Source: a virus. From it: DNA of 64,000 bases. The stretch's first letter is position 1, and each line of letters starts with the position of its first letter. A model generated the notes under the pieces. It had not been told where the DNA came from and searched no databases. It saw nothing but the letters and a program-made list of their open reading frames with translations. Where the stretch lies: IMG/VR virus record IMGVR_UViG_3300028388_002189, positions 1-64,000 of that record; one strand, written 5' to 3'. Positions 56,495 to 64,000 of the stretch are shown here, piece by piece. The position numbers were made by a program, and so were the translations under genes.

Positions 56495-59400
56495 TCATGT
56501 GGTACCTGTCGCTATTCCGTCTGCCTGTAGATTAGCAAGAACAGTGGATACCTCTTCGGGACTATCCACCTTTATTTCCAAATTGCTAATGTTGTACTTA
56601 TTCCCTTGAACATTCTCTTTGATGTTCTGTGTACTCCCACCAGCAGAGGAGGTATTGGCATAGTAACTAGTAGAGTTATTGACCATAGGTTGGGTAGTGG
56701 AAGGACTACTGCTGTAAGTACCCGCATTACCACTATTTAGACTATCCATAGTACTTTGAGTAGACATAGCCACTTGATTAATGGTCTTTATAGGAGTAGC
56801 CTCAGCAGTTTTTGCCAAAGAAGCCGTTTCTTCAGTATCCGTCGAGTCGCTAAAGTACGAAAACAAAGAAGCAAGACCATATATTGCAAGACCGATACCA
56901 GCGATCCAACCAAAGGCAGCGGCTACGCTAAGACCAAATACAGTCATAACAGTCGATGCTAGTTGTATAATAGGTATTAAGAATAACATAGCACCGCCTA
57001 CGGTGGTCAAAGCGTCACCTATACCATATAAAGCGCTTCCTTCTTGAGAAAAGCTCTTAATCCCTGCGCCTACTGTTAAGAAGCCAGCACCTGCTGCGGC
57101 TAAACCTGTATTCATCTTACTAAGAGTACCTACTAAAGCCTGTTTCTTGGTGAGAAATTGATCCGAAACACTCGTAGACTGACTAACAGCCCTATTATAG
57201 TTATCTACTTTCCCTCTTAGCGCATCATACTTCAACTTCAACCTCTCAAGGAAGGTGAGTTGTTTTTGACTAGTATTTTGAGCCGAGTTCATAGCGATGC
57301 TCATTTTATTCAGTCGAGTCCCAGCACCCTCTAAAGAACCTGTCAATGCTTTGAACTTGGTACCCATCAAAGTGATCATACTTGTGAAGAAAGTATAAGA
57401 CTTAAAGATAAGCATACCACTCAACAAGATACCAAGTGCGCCACCTACAAGTCTCAATGCAAAAGCCGTCACGGATGCTTCATCACTCGCACCAGAGAAG
57501 ATAACGGCTAAGAACTTAAACGGCATTAACATTAAGTTGAGAGCGCCGCCCACTAAAGTAAAGATGACATGGAGAGACATCATAACAGGTACTAACATAC
57601 CTTCGGCAATTCTACCGAATCCCATAAAGAGACTTCTCATGATGTCCATAGCAGAGCCTAAACTATAGACAAGACCCTCAAGTCCGTAAGTTTGCATGAA
57701 CTGCATACCTTCTCTACCACTTGTCCCAATAGCAGAGTTAAGAGAGTTAAGTCGGTCTTCTAACTTTTTGATAGCATCTTCTTGTTTTGTGTAAACAGGT
57801 GAACCCTTTTGCATACCTAAAAGAGATTGTTGCGCTGTGTCTATTTGGTTCCTCAAAGAGAAGAACTGTTTCGATAACTCTTTTACACTTTTACCTTGTA
57901 GATCCTTACTGAACATCGCTTGGAATAAACCACCGACAGACTTAGCAGCATTCTTGATTCTCTCTAGGATGATCGCGAAACCTTCACCGATAGTCTCTGC
58001 GCCAGAGAAGTACTTCATCACAGCCACGATAGCTACGCCTAATAGGAATAAACCTCCTGTTAACTGTACGACAACCGCTAAAGTAGGTGCTAGGAACACT
58101 TTACCAAAGGCAGACATGGTTGCGCCGAGACCTTTTGCTGCACCACCTGCTTGCGTCATCGAGTGCCTCAGTGCAATACTAAAGGTTGCCGATGCCGTTA
58201 ACATGAACCCAAGATTAGTACCTATACCTGTTAGCATCTGTAGACTTCGCCCTAAGAACGAAGTCGTTGACGCTAAAGTTTGGTTGTTCGTCATCAACGT
58301 ACCTGTTGCTTTAACAAGTTCAGTATAAGTGTCAAGACCTGCCCTAGCATAAACATCGTGCTTAAAGATTGCTTCAGACAATGCAGATTCAGCAGACTCA
58401 GATAACTTGATTCGCTTATCTAGCGTTTTTAGAGCATCTGCTTGAGCTCTATCTAGCTCTCCTAAATCGTTATTAATCCCTTTGGCATATTCTTTGAGAC
58501 TAGTGCCTCTCTTTTTCAAGAAGAGGTCTAATGCTTTGATTGTTTGAGAACCAGACTCTGTACCAAATGCTTGTTTTAATGTTGCCTGTGCTTCGACTAC
58601 ACCCTTCTGTTTTGCGATCTGCCTATATCTATTTAGCAAGTCTGTACCAAAGTCTTCAACACTCTTTAATGCACGTTTCCCTGTTTCTGAATCTATTGTG
58701 AAAAGTTGCTCTATAGCATATTCGTTTCTGGCTCGCATGACTCCTGCATAGTTATATTTAAGAGCATCTGCGACACTTTTGTAATTTTTTTCTAACGCCT
58801 TATTTATATATCCTATATCTAAGTCACTAGCGCCTGTTAGTCTTTGAATAGCTATATTCTTTAAGTTAGACCTCTTTGAGAGTTTACCTGTCGCTTGTAA
58901 TTTTCTATCTAAACTTTTTAAGTTGTTATACATCGACAATATAGAACCACCAAAGTTCTTAAACTTTAGACCTGCATTAGCCGCAGATTCACCACCTTCC
59001 ATAAGAGCAGCGATGAAGGTATTAATGGTGGCTTCTCGCAGCTCAGACTTAGCAAAATACTGTGCGCCTATTCTTAAACCACTTAACGATTCCCTAATCC
59101 CATCGAAACCTAAACTTGTATCAGTAGTAACTTTGTATAACGAGTTTAGATTCTTGCCCATATTCTTAGTGTCACCACCAAGTGTCTTAAAGGTAAGTGT
59201 TGTTATCTTTGCAGCTTCTTCAAGAGATAACATACCACCCGAAGCAGTAGCGAACTGTAGAGTGTCTCCAATAACACCAAGAGTATCATCTAGGCTGAGT
59301 CCGTCTTGCTTCATGCTTTGGAAAGCACCCGCAATCTCTGCCTTGGTGTACTCAGTAGTCATTGCTAGTCGGCTAATTGTATCTTCTGCCTTCGTGAAGT

Positions 59401-59758
59401 CTCCAAGCGCAGAAATTTCAGTCTCTCCTGCAAGTCCCATAGTACTCTTTAACAAGTTCATGGCGGTCTCAGTCTTCGCAAAACCTTTCTGCATACTCTC
59501 AAACACGTTGTTAATCTTAACATTCATGTTCAATAAGTAAGTAGACAACTGGACAAGACCCGCTTGGATATTAGCAAGACCCTGGTCTGACAACTTCCTA
59601 GCGGACTCTCGATTTTGGTTTTGGTTTTTACGTGTAGTTAAAAGGGCTTCCGAATACTTTCGATTAGAGTTCTCTAACTGCTTTATGGCAGAAACCATCT
59701 GTTGTGTGCCTAAGATTTGTAGTTGTAACGTCTGTTTTAATGTTTGACCATCTGCCAT
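56495..59758 (-). CDS. Tape measure protein
   Basis: 1087-aa helical protein with LAMTTEYT..EIA core and hydrophobic C-terminal segments; follows the chaperone. Confidence 0.92.
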   Translation of the reverse strand: MADGQTLKQTLQLQILGTQQMVSAIKQLENSNRKYSEALLTTRKNQNQNRESARKLSDQGLANIQAGLVQLSTYLLNMNVKINNVFESMQKGFAKTETAMNLLKSTMGLAGETEISALGDFTKAEDTISRLAMTTEYTKAEIAGAFQSMKQDGLSLDDTLGVIGDTLQFATASGGMLSLEEAAKITTLTFKTLGGDTKNMGKNLNSLYKVTTDTSLGFDGIRESLSGLRIGAQYFAKSELREATINTFIAALMEGGESAANAGLKFKNFGGSILSMYNNLKSLDRKLQATGKLSKRSNLKNIAIQRLTGASDLDIGYINKALEKNYKSVADALKYNYAGVMRARNEYAIEQLFTIDSETGKRALKSVEDFGTDLLNRYRQIAKQKGVVEAQATLKQAFGTESGSQTIKALDLFLKKRGTSLKEYAKGINNDLGELDRAQADALKTLDKRIKLSESAESALSEAIFKHDVYARAGLDTYTELVKATGTLMTNNQTLASTTSFLGRSLQMLTGIGTNLGFMLTASATFSIALRHSMTQAGGAAKGLGATMSAFGKVFLAPTLAVVVQLTGGLFLLGVAIVAVMKYFSGAETIGEGFAIILERIKNAAKSVGGLFQAMFSKDLQGKSVKELSKQFFSLRNQIDTAQQSLLGMQKGSPVYTKQEDAIKKLEDRLNSLNSAIGTSGREGMQFMQTYGLEGLVYSLGSAMDIMRSLFMGFGRIAEGMLVPVMMSLHVIFTLVGGALNLMLMPFKFLAVIFSGASDEASVTAFALRLVGGALGILLSGMLIFKSYTFFTSMITLMGTKFKALTGSLEGAGTRLNKMSIAMNSAQNTSQKQLTFLERLKLKYDALRGKVDNYNRAVSQSTSVSDQFLTKKQALVGTLSKMNTGLAAAGAGFLTVGAGIKSFSQEGSALYGIGDALTTVGGAMLFLIPIIQLASTVMTVFGLSVAAAFGWIAGIGLAIYGLASLFSYFSDSTDTEETASLAKTAEATPIKTINQVAMSTQSTMDSLNSGNAGTYSSSPSTTQPMVNNSTSYYANTSSAGGSTQNIKENVQGNKYNISNLEIKVDSPEEVSTVLANLQADGIATGTT

Positions 59759-59763
59759 AACTA

Positions 59764-59991
59764 CTATCTCCTACGCGCAGCTTCTTGTTCTTTTTCTATG
59801 ATTTCTTCATATAACTCTAAGTATATAGCCCTTTGGCGAGTGGGTAAACTAAGTATATCATACCTTGTCCAATGCCAACGTTCAGCAACTGCGACAACGG
59901 TCTGTATTAGTGCCTTTTGCGTTTTCTCCGCCCAGTCTTCCCAACGCTTGATGGCTTCGGGGTCTTTGACTGCCCCAAATTGGAAAAACCC
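59764..59991 (-). CDS. -1 frameshift extension of the tail assembly chaperone (gpGT-like)
   Basis: Slippery G GGT TTT at 59991-59985; start-less -1 frame GFFQ...WHWTRYDILSLPTRQRAIY...RRR ends just before the tape measure start. Confidence 0.8.
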   Translation of the reverse strand, partial: GFFQFGAVKDPEAIKRWEDWAEKTQKALIQTVVAVAERWHWTRYDILSLPTRQRAIYLELYEEIIEKEQEAARRR

Positions 59992-60734
59992 ACCGTGTTG
60001 ACCTCCGTATGGAACTCATGCCCACAGGACTCGCAAGCGATATCAATCTTAGTATCAACACCAACCGCGTTCTCTACAATTGCGTTAGCAAACGCATTGC
60101 GGTCTCTGATACTTAACTTGCGGACATCATCGGGCGAAGGAATAGTATCTAAACCGTCTACTTGCTTGAGTCCAATCGCGATCAAGTTAGTACCGATCTC
60201 GTTCTCTGGTAGAGAAGCAATACGTTCTTGGCTAAATCCTTTTAGGAATCCCCAAACAACGTGCTTCTTATACTCGCTAGATTTGTGGTCGTAGAAACCT
60301 CTAGCGAGCTCCACGTCTAACTCTACAGGGGAGTTTTCGTCCCACTCATAAACGTCCATGTCTTTTAGATCGACCAACTCATCGTGAGAACTCCCACAAC
60401 TTGGGCAATCTACCGAAGTGAGAATCTCAGAATCTCCACTAAGGACACGGATACATAGAACCAAGAAGTCCCGATCGGCTACATACATATTGCGTACCAG
60501 TTGTTCACTAATAAGTGATAGCGGATCCGTCTTGCGCTCTAACACTCCTGGCACTTCTTGAATACATCTCCTAAGAAGGAGTGTAATCGCTTTAGCACCA
60601 TTGTTCTTAACTTTACGAGAAGACAGATTCTCTTCATCGAGTCCTGTCATCTCGTCAATATAAACCTCTCGGTAACGAACACCGTTGTACTCGATACCGA
60701 TAGGTAGAATTACCTTGTCGCTGTCTGTAATCAT
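59907..60734 (-). CDS. Tail assembly chaperone
   Basis: LPIG, MTGLDEE, DRDFL, CPSC, CESC; between tube and tape measure. Confidence 0.82.
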   Translation of the reverse strand: MITDSDKVILPIGIEYNGVRYREVYIDEMTGLDEENLSSRKVKNNGAKAITLLLRRCIQEVPGVLERKTDPLSLISEQLVRNMYVADRDFLVLCIRVLSGDSEILTSVDCPSCGSSHDELVDLKDMDVYEWDENSPVELDVELARGFYDHKSSEYKKHVVWGFLKGFSQERIASLPENEIGTNLIAIGLKQVDGLDTIPSPDDVRKLSIRDRNAFANAIVENAVGVDTKIDIACESCGHEFHTEVNTVGFSNLGQSKTPKPSSVGKTGRRKRKRH

Positions 60735-60812
60735 ATTATTACCTATGTTTTAAAAGTTGTTGAAAACTATTTTATAGTGTGTGTCTTGGTGTAACTAAGC
60801 AGTACGCCGTTA

Positions 60813-61328
60813 TTAGCTTACTTGGTTAGTCTCTTCAATGCCGTGGTGCTGTAAGACTAGGCTAGAGATCACAACGTCATTTGAAGTGGCGTCAAAGTCA
60901 CCAATCGTATACTCACTTGGGAAAGCGTCTTTTAGTTTATATTTCTTTACGGCTTCGCCTTGCTTGTTGTGGAGTGTAATCTCCACATCACAGCGATAAC
61001 CATTAGCCCCAAAGTCTGGTCTACCGCTATTCGGGACAACGTCGCCCGCATTAGAAACCACGTCACAAACACGTTTCATCCATGTGTTGAAGTCGTCGTC
61101 ATGGGAGATACCGCGCTCTAGCGTAACAGAGTCATAGGTCATCATTCCTGCGAACTTCTCCATACGATCGGGCATATTACCCTCACGGTACTCAACGACC
61201 TCTACAGAGGACTTCATGCCTGTTACCTTTTGAAAGGCTCCTCTAGCAAAATTGAACTGAGAATCTTGTGACAAAATCTGAACAGAGAACTTAAAGCCTC
61301 TATATACGTCTTTTGATAATACTGGCAT
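60813..61328 (-). CDS. Tail tube protein (T4 gp19-like)
   Basis: FQKVTGM..EVVEYREG, VTLERGI, AFPSEY..DATSNDV. Confidence 0.93.
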   Translation of the reverse strand: MPVLSKDVYRGFKFSVQILSQDSQFNFARGAFQKVTGMKSSVEVVEYREGNMPDRMEKFAGMMTYDSVTLERGISHDDDFNTWMKRVCDVVSNAGDVVPNSGRPDFGANGYRCDVEITLHNKQGEAVKKYKLKDAFPSEYTIGDFDATSNDVVISSLVLQHHGIEETNQVS

Positions 61329-61341
61329 TTTCTATAACTCC

Positions 61342-63171
61342 TTAGTTAGCTTGGATCTGACTGAAGCGGAAGATGATGAACTCCGCAGGACGGAGAAGCG
61401 CAACACCGATCTCGCCGACCAAGATACCTTGTCGAATGTTATCAGCCGTGTTGGTCTCAGAATCGATCTTAATGAAGAACGCCTCGCTCTTGGCGTTACC
61501 CGCAAGTTCACCATTCTCAAAGCGCTTAGTTAGGAAAGAATCAATCTCGCTCGTAAGTTGTGCCCATAGGATAGGACTATTGTTACGGAACAAGCTACGC
61601 TCACCGATCTGTTTAACATTCTTCTCGATGAATGTCATCATACGTCGAACGTTGATATAACGGAAGTCAAGCGTACTACTCAAGGTTCTAGCGCCAAGTA
61701 CGTTTACGCTAGGAAGACCTGTTGCTCGATCAACTACACGAAGACAGTTGATACCCATAACGTTTAGATCACCGTGAGCGCTGTCGCTCACTTCTACCTC
61801 AACGCCACTAAGACCTTGAAGTTGTCCTAACTCGTCGAAACCCGCAGGCGAACTTGAAACGCCACCTCTTGGAGCAGGTGTTGAATCGACCTTAGAGTAC
61901 AAACCAGCAACCGCACCACTTGGTGGAACAGTGATCAACTGAGTGCCGCCAATGACTTTAGGCATCTTGACGTTTGGATAGTAAAGAGCACCCCAATAAG
62001 TGTCGATACCTAGAGTGGTTGTGCGGTACTCACCAACACTACCTGCCCCTGTTGACTTAGCATCCAAACCTACAGGAGCGTCTAGGATAGCGAACATATC
62101 CATACGGTTTCCGCAGAACTCTAGCATAGCTGCATGGAGAACAGGTACGTCCGTTGAAGGAATCTTACCACCTACAGTATCTAGTGAAGGCGGTACAGAA
62201 AGTAGGTTAATCGCTCGCTTGCTAGATAGTTTAGGAAGCGCTGAGTCGATCAAGTCTGCTTGAAGATCGAAGTTAGCAATCTCATCTTCACCGTTCAGTA
62301 GAAGTTGATAGTTGCCTTGCATAAGGAGCTCTCTATCGTTTGAGATAAGAGAACCTGTCTCAAGATCTTCAGCCAAGATATATCGTGAACCAACTTGCTC
62401 GTCATTGATCACAGTCTCGATGTAACGATCTGACTCTGGGTTCATGGTCAAACGGTCAAAAGACTCTAAAGTCTCTCCATCAAGAATGACCTTAAGGTCA
62501 TATGCAAGCAGAGATACAGAAGAACCTGCCGCAGCGATGGCGGCTGCCGCGCTAGAAGATACTTCTACTTGGCGAACAATCGAACCTGCCTCAACTACCG
62601 AACTAGACTTAACTACCTTGAAGTATGAGTCAGCGTTAGCTGCGTCAGTGACTTTGATAATGTCGCCTTCGATAAGACCGTTAGTCGAGTTCAACTTAAG
62701 AACCGTATCACCAATCGCAACGTCTGCTGATAGTGACGTTGGCGCAAAAGAACCATTGAGTCTAAAGTCAACGATCAAGTTGCGACCCGCAGAGCCGTAT
62801 GAAGGCAATCCACGGTAACCCGCTGAGAACTTTAAGAAGTCAGCGCCATCTGCATTATCTACAAGTTGATTTGCTGCGATAACAGTTGCGCCTGCGCCTT
62901 CAGTAGCGCTTACATCGATCATACGAACGATGTAACACGCGGCACCGCCATTCTCAAAGAATGAGCGAACGCTGTAGTAGAGAGACTCACCCTCAACAGC
63001 ATCACCAAAAGTGCTCTTAAATGCAGAGAAACTATTGATGAAAATAGGTTGGTTAGCAGGACCTCTTTGAGCAAAGCCCAAGAAAGCTGCAATACTTGTT
63101 GAAACACCTGTAGGTGCGATCTCGGGCGTGAGAATCTCTTCAACATAAACATCTGGGCGAGTATACGCCAT
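61342..63171 (-). CDS. Tail sheath protein
   Basis: PDVYVEE, GFAQRGP, FFENGG, ALYYP, PPSG, GINC, GARTL, YINVRR, PAEF. Confidence 0.96.
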   Translation of the reverse strand: MAYTRPDVYVEEILTPEIAPTGVSTSIAAFLGFAQRGPANQPIFINSFSAFKSTFGDAVEGESLYYSVRSFFENGGAACYIVRMIDVSATEGAGATVIAANQLVDNADGADFLKFSAGYRGLPSYGSAGRNLIVDFRLNGSFAPTSLSADVAIGDTVLKLNSTNGLIEGDIIKVTDAANADSYFKVVKSSSVVEAGSIVRQVEVSSSAAAAIAAAGSSVSLLAYDLKVILDGETLESFDRLTMNPESDRYIETVINDEQVGSRYILAEDLETGSLISNDRELLMQGNYQLLLNGEDEIANFDLQADLIDSALPKLSSKRAINLLSVPPSLDTVGGKIPSTDVPVLHAAMLEFCGNRMDMFAILDAPVGLDAKSTGAGSVGEYRTTTLGIDTYWGALYYPNVKMPKVIGGTQLITVPPSGAVAGLYSKVDSTPAPRGGVSSSPAGFDELGQLQGLSGVEVEVSDSAHGDLNVMGINCLRVVDRATGLPSVNVLGARTLSSTLDFRYINVRRMMTFIEKNVKQIGERSLFRNNSPILWAQLTSEIDSFLTKRFENGELAGNAKSEAFFIKIDSETNTADNIRQGILVGEIGVALLRPAEFIIFRFSQIQAN

Positions 63172-63179
63172 AATTCACC

Positions 63180-63899
63180 TCACTTTTTATTAGGAAACCA
63201 ATATTTTTGGTCGTCAAAGGCAATAACACGATGTAAGGTCTTTGCTGCTTCTTGGGCGGTGTCTGCGTCTTTAGGTGCATCATACTTGTAAGTAGTGTGT
63301 TGATTGCCGATAGGTTCGATAGTCTTAGGTACTGTCTTAACGACGTTAGATTCTATTCTAACCTCATTTACGCCTTTTTGGTAGACATCATTGTCAGTGT
63401 CTTCAATATCTGCCTTGATACTAAACGTCCAAGTCTTTTCATAGATCACTGTATCTACATCCACAGAGTCGCTGACAGTAAAAGACTCTCTGAATACATG
63501 GTAAGCGTCACCATTTACTTCGATTGAATCTCTAGGTAGCAAACGAGACTCAACCCAACGAGTCAACTCTCGATCTTCCCAGGCGCTAAGCGAGTAACTT
63601 GTAACTTCATAGGTGATGTCATAGTACTCAGCCATGCGCCTCATCACAAAAGTTGGAGGTGTCGTATTAAAGTCTACGTCTACAACCCGATCCATATCAG
63701 AGTCGTACAATTCAGTATCGGGTACCATGCCTTGGAATAATACTGAGATTGAAGGGAACCTTCTTTCGGGTGCTTCTTCTAGGTCGGGGTAGTCTACAAA
63801 GACAGGGACACCAATCTCCCGACCATTACGATCTCTCATTACTTTACCTGCGAAGCGATTAACAAACGCTTCTTCTAGCTTCCAAAAGGGCACCGCCAT
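63180..63899 (-). CDS. Tail terminator/completion protein
   Basis: FPSISV, YDITYEVT; directly upstream of the sheath. Confidence 0.65.
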   Translation of the reverse strand: MAVPFWKLEEAFVNRFAGKVMRDRNGREIGVPVFVDYPDLEEAPERRFPSISVLFQGMVPDTELYDSDMDRVVDVDFNTTPPTFVMRRMAEYYDITYEVTSYSLSAWEDRELTRWVESRLLPRDSIEVNGDAYHVFRESFTVSDSVDVDTVIYEKTWTFSIKADIEDTDNDVYQKGVNEVRIESNVVKTVPKTIEPIGNQHTTYKYDAPKDADTAQEAAKTLHRVIAFDDQKYWFPNKK

Positions 63900-63900
63900 C

Positions 63901-63999
63901 TTACTTGCCCTCTCTCAGATACTTTTTAAATCGAGCAGTCATCGTCTTTTGACTCTGTGTTAGCCATATATCTAAGATCTTATCTTTATGACCTTCTTG
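63901..63999 (-). CDS. 3' end of an upstream gene (partial)
   Basis: Open frame ...KKYLREGK* runs off the window edge. Confidence 0.5.
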   Translation of the reverse strand, partial: QEGHKDKILDIWLTQSQKTMTARFKKYLREGK

Positions 64000-64000
64000 G

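Larger units (their letters stand above)
10..60768. repeat. Dispersed 14-bp motif A(C/G)TTTTCAACAACT, at least 16 copies
   Basis: + strand starts: 1592,3984,4405,6712,10665,13481,16968,24254,27990,33296,40049. Reverse-complement copies start at 10,21204,45942,51414,60755. Confidence 0.9.

Noticed and set aside
59882-60064. 60-aa minus-strand ORF as the chaperone extension
   Set aside because: This is the +1 frame and lacks the HW..I..LP motif; the -1 frame fits.
56756-62818. Long + strand ORFs antisense to tape measure, chaperone and sheath
   Set aside because: Typical antisense shadows from codon bias; no motifs or RBS.
1-64000. tRNA/rRNA genes, integrase, endolysin, stop-codon reassignment
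   Set aside because: None recognised; genes read normally with the standard code and use all three stop codons.

Overview
This window is part of a large tailed dsDNA bacteriophage with a contractile (myovirus-type) tail. An overlapping Rz/Rz1-like spanin pair suggests a Gram-negative host. Layout: (1) 1-7.1 kb is a mostly + strand early/accessory region with a repeat-rich non-coding leader, two P-loop-degenerate deoxynucleoside-kinase-like genes and a minus-strand three-gene cassette (Cys-rich peptide, class III nucleotide cyclase, 2TM protein). (2) 7.1-19 kb is minus-strand DNA modification and nucleotide metabolism: an overprinted two-frame C5 methyltransferase locus, PhoH, ThyX, a metallophosphoesterase, class II RNR with a LAGLIDADG intein, degenerate DpdA/QueD-like genes and SpoVS. 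(3) 19-33 kb is replication/recombination: Cas4-like exonuclease, ParB, resolvase, RecA, SF2 helicase, PolA, SSB, primase, DnaB, DnaC-like loader and initiator. (4) 33-64 kb holds fibres, lysis genes and an eCIS-like tail/baseplate module with a -1 frameshifted chaperone. The most notable items are the cyclase cassette, the dual-frame methyltransferase with an array of TRD-like modules, and a 14-bp motif (ASTTTTCAACAACT) found at least 16 times across the window, half of them inside genes. All family calls come from motif recognition by eye; no database search was run.
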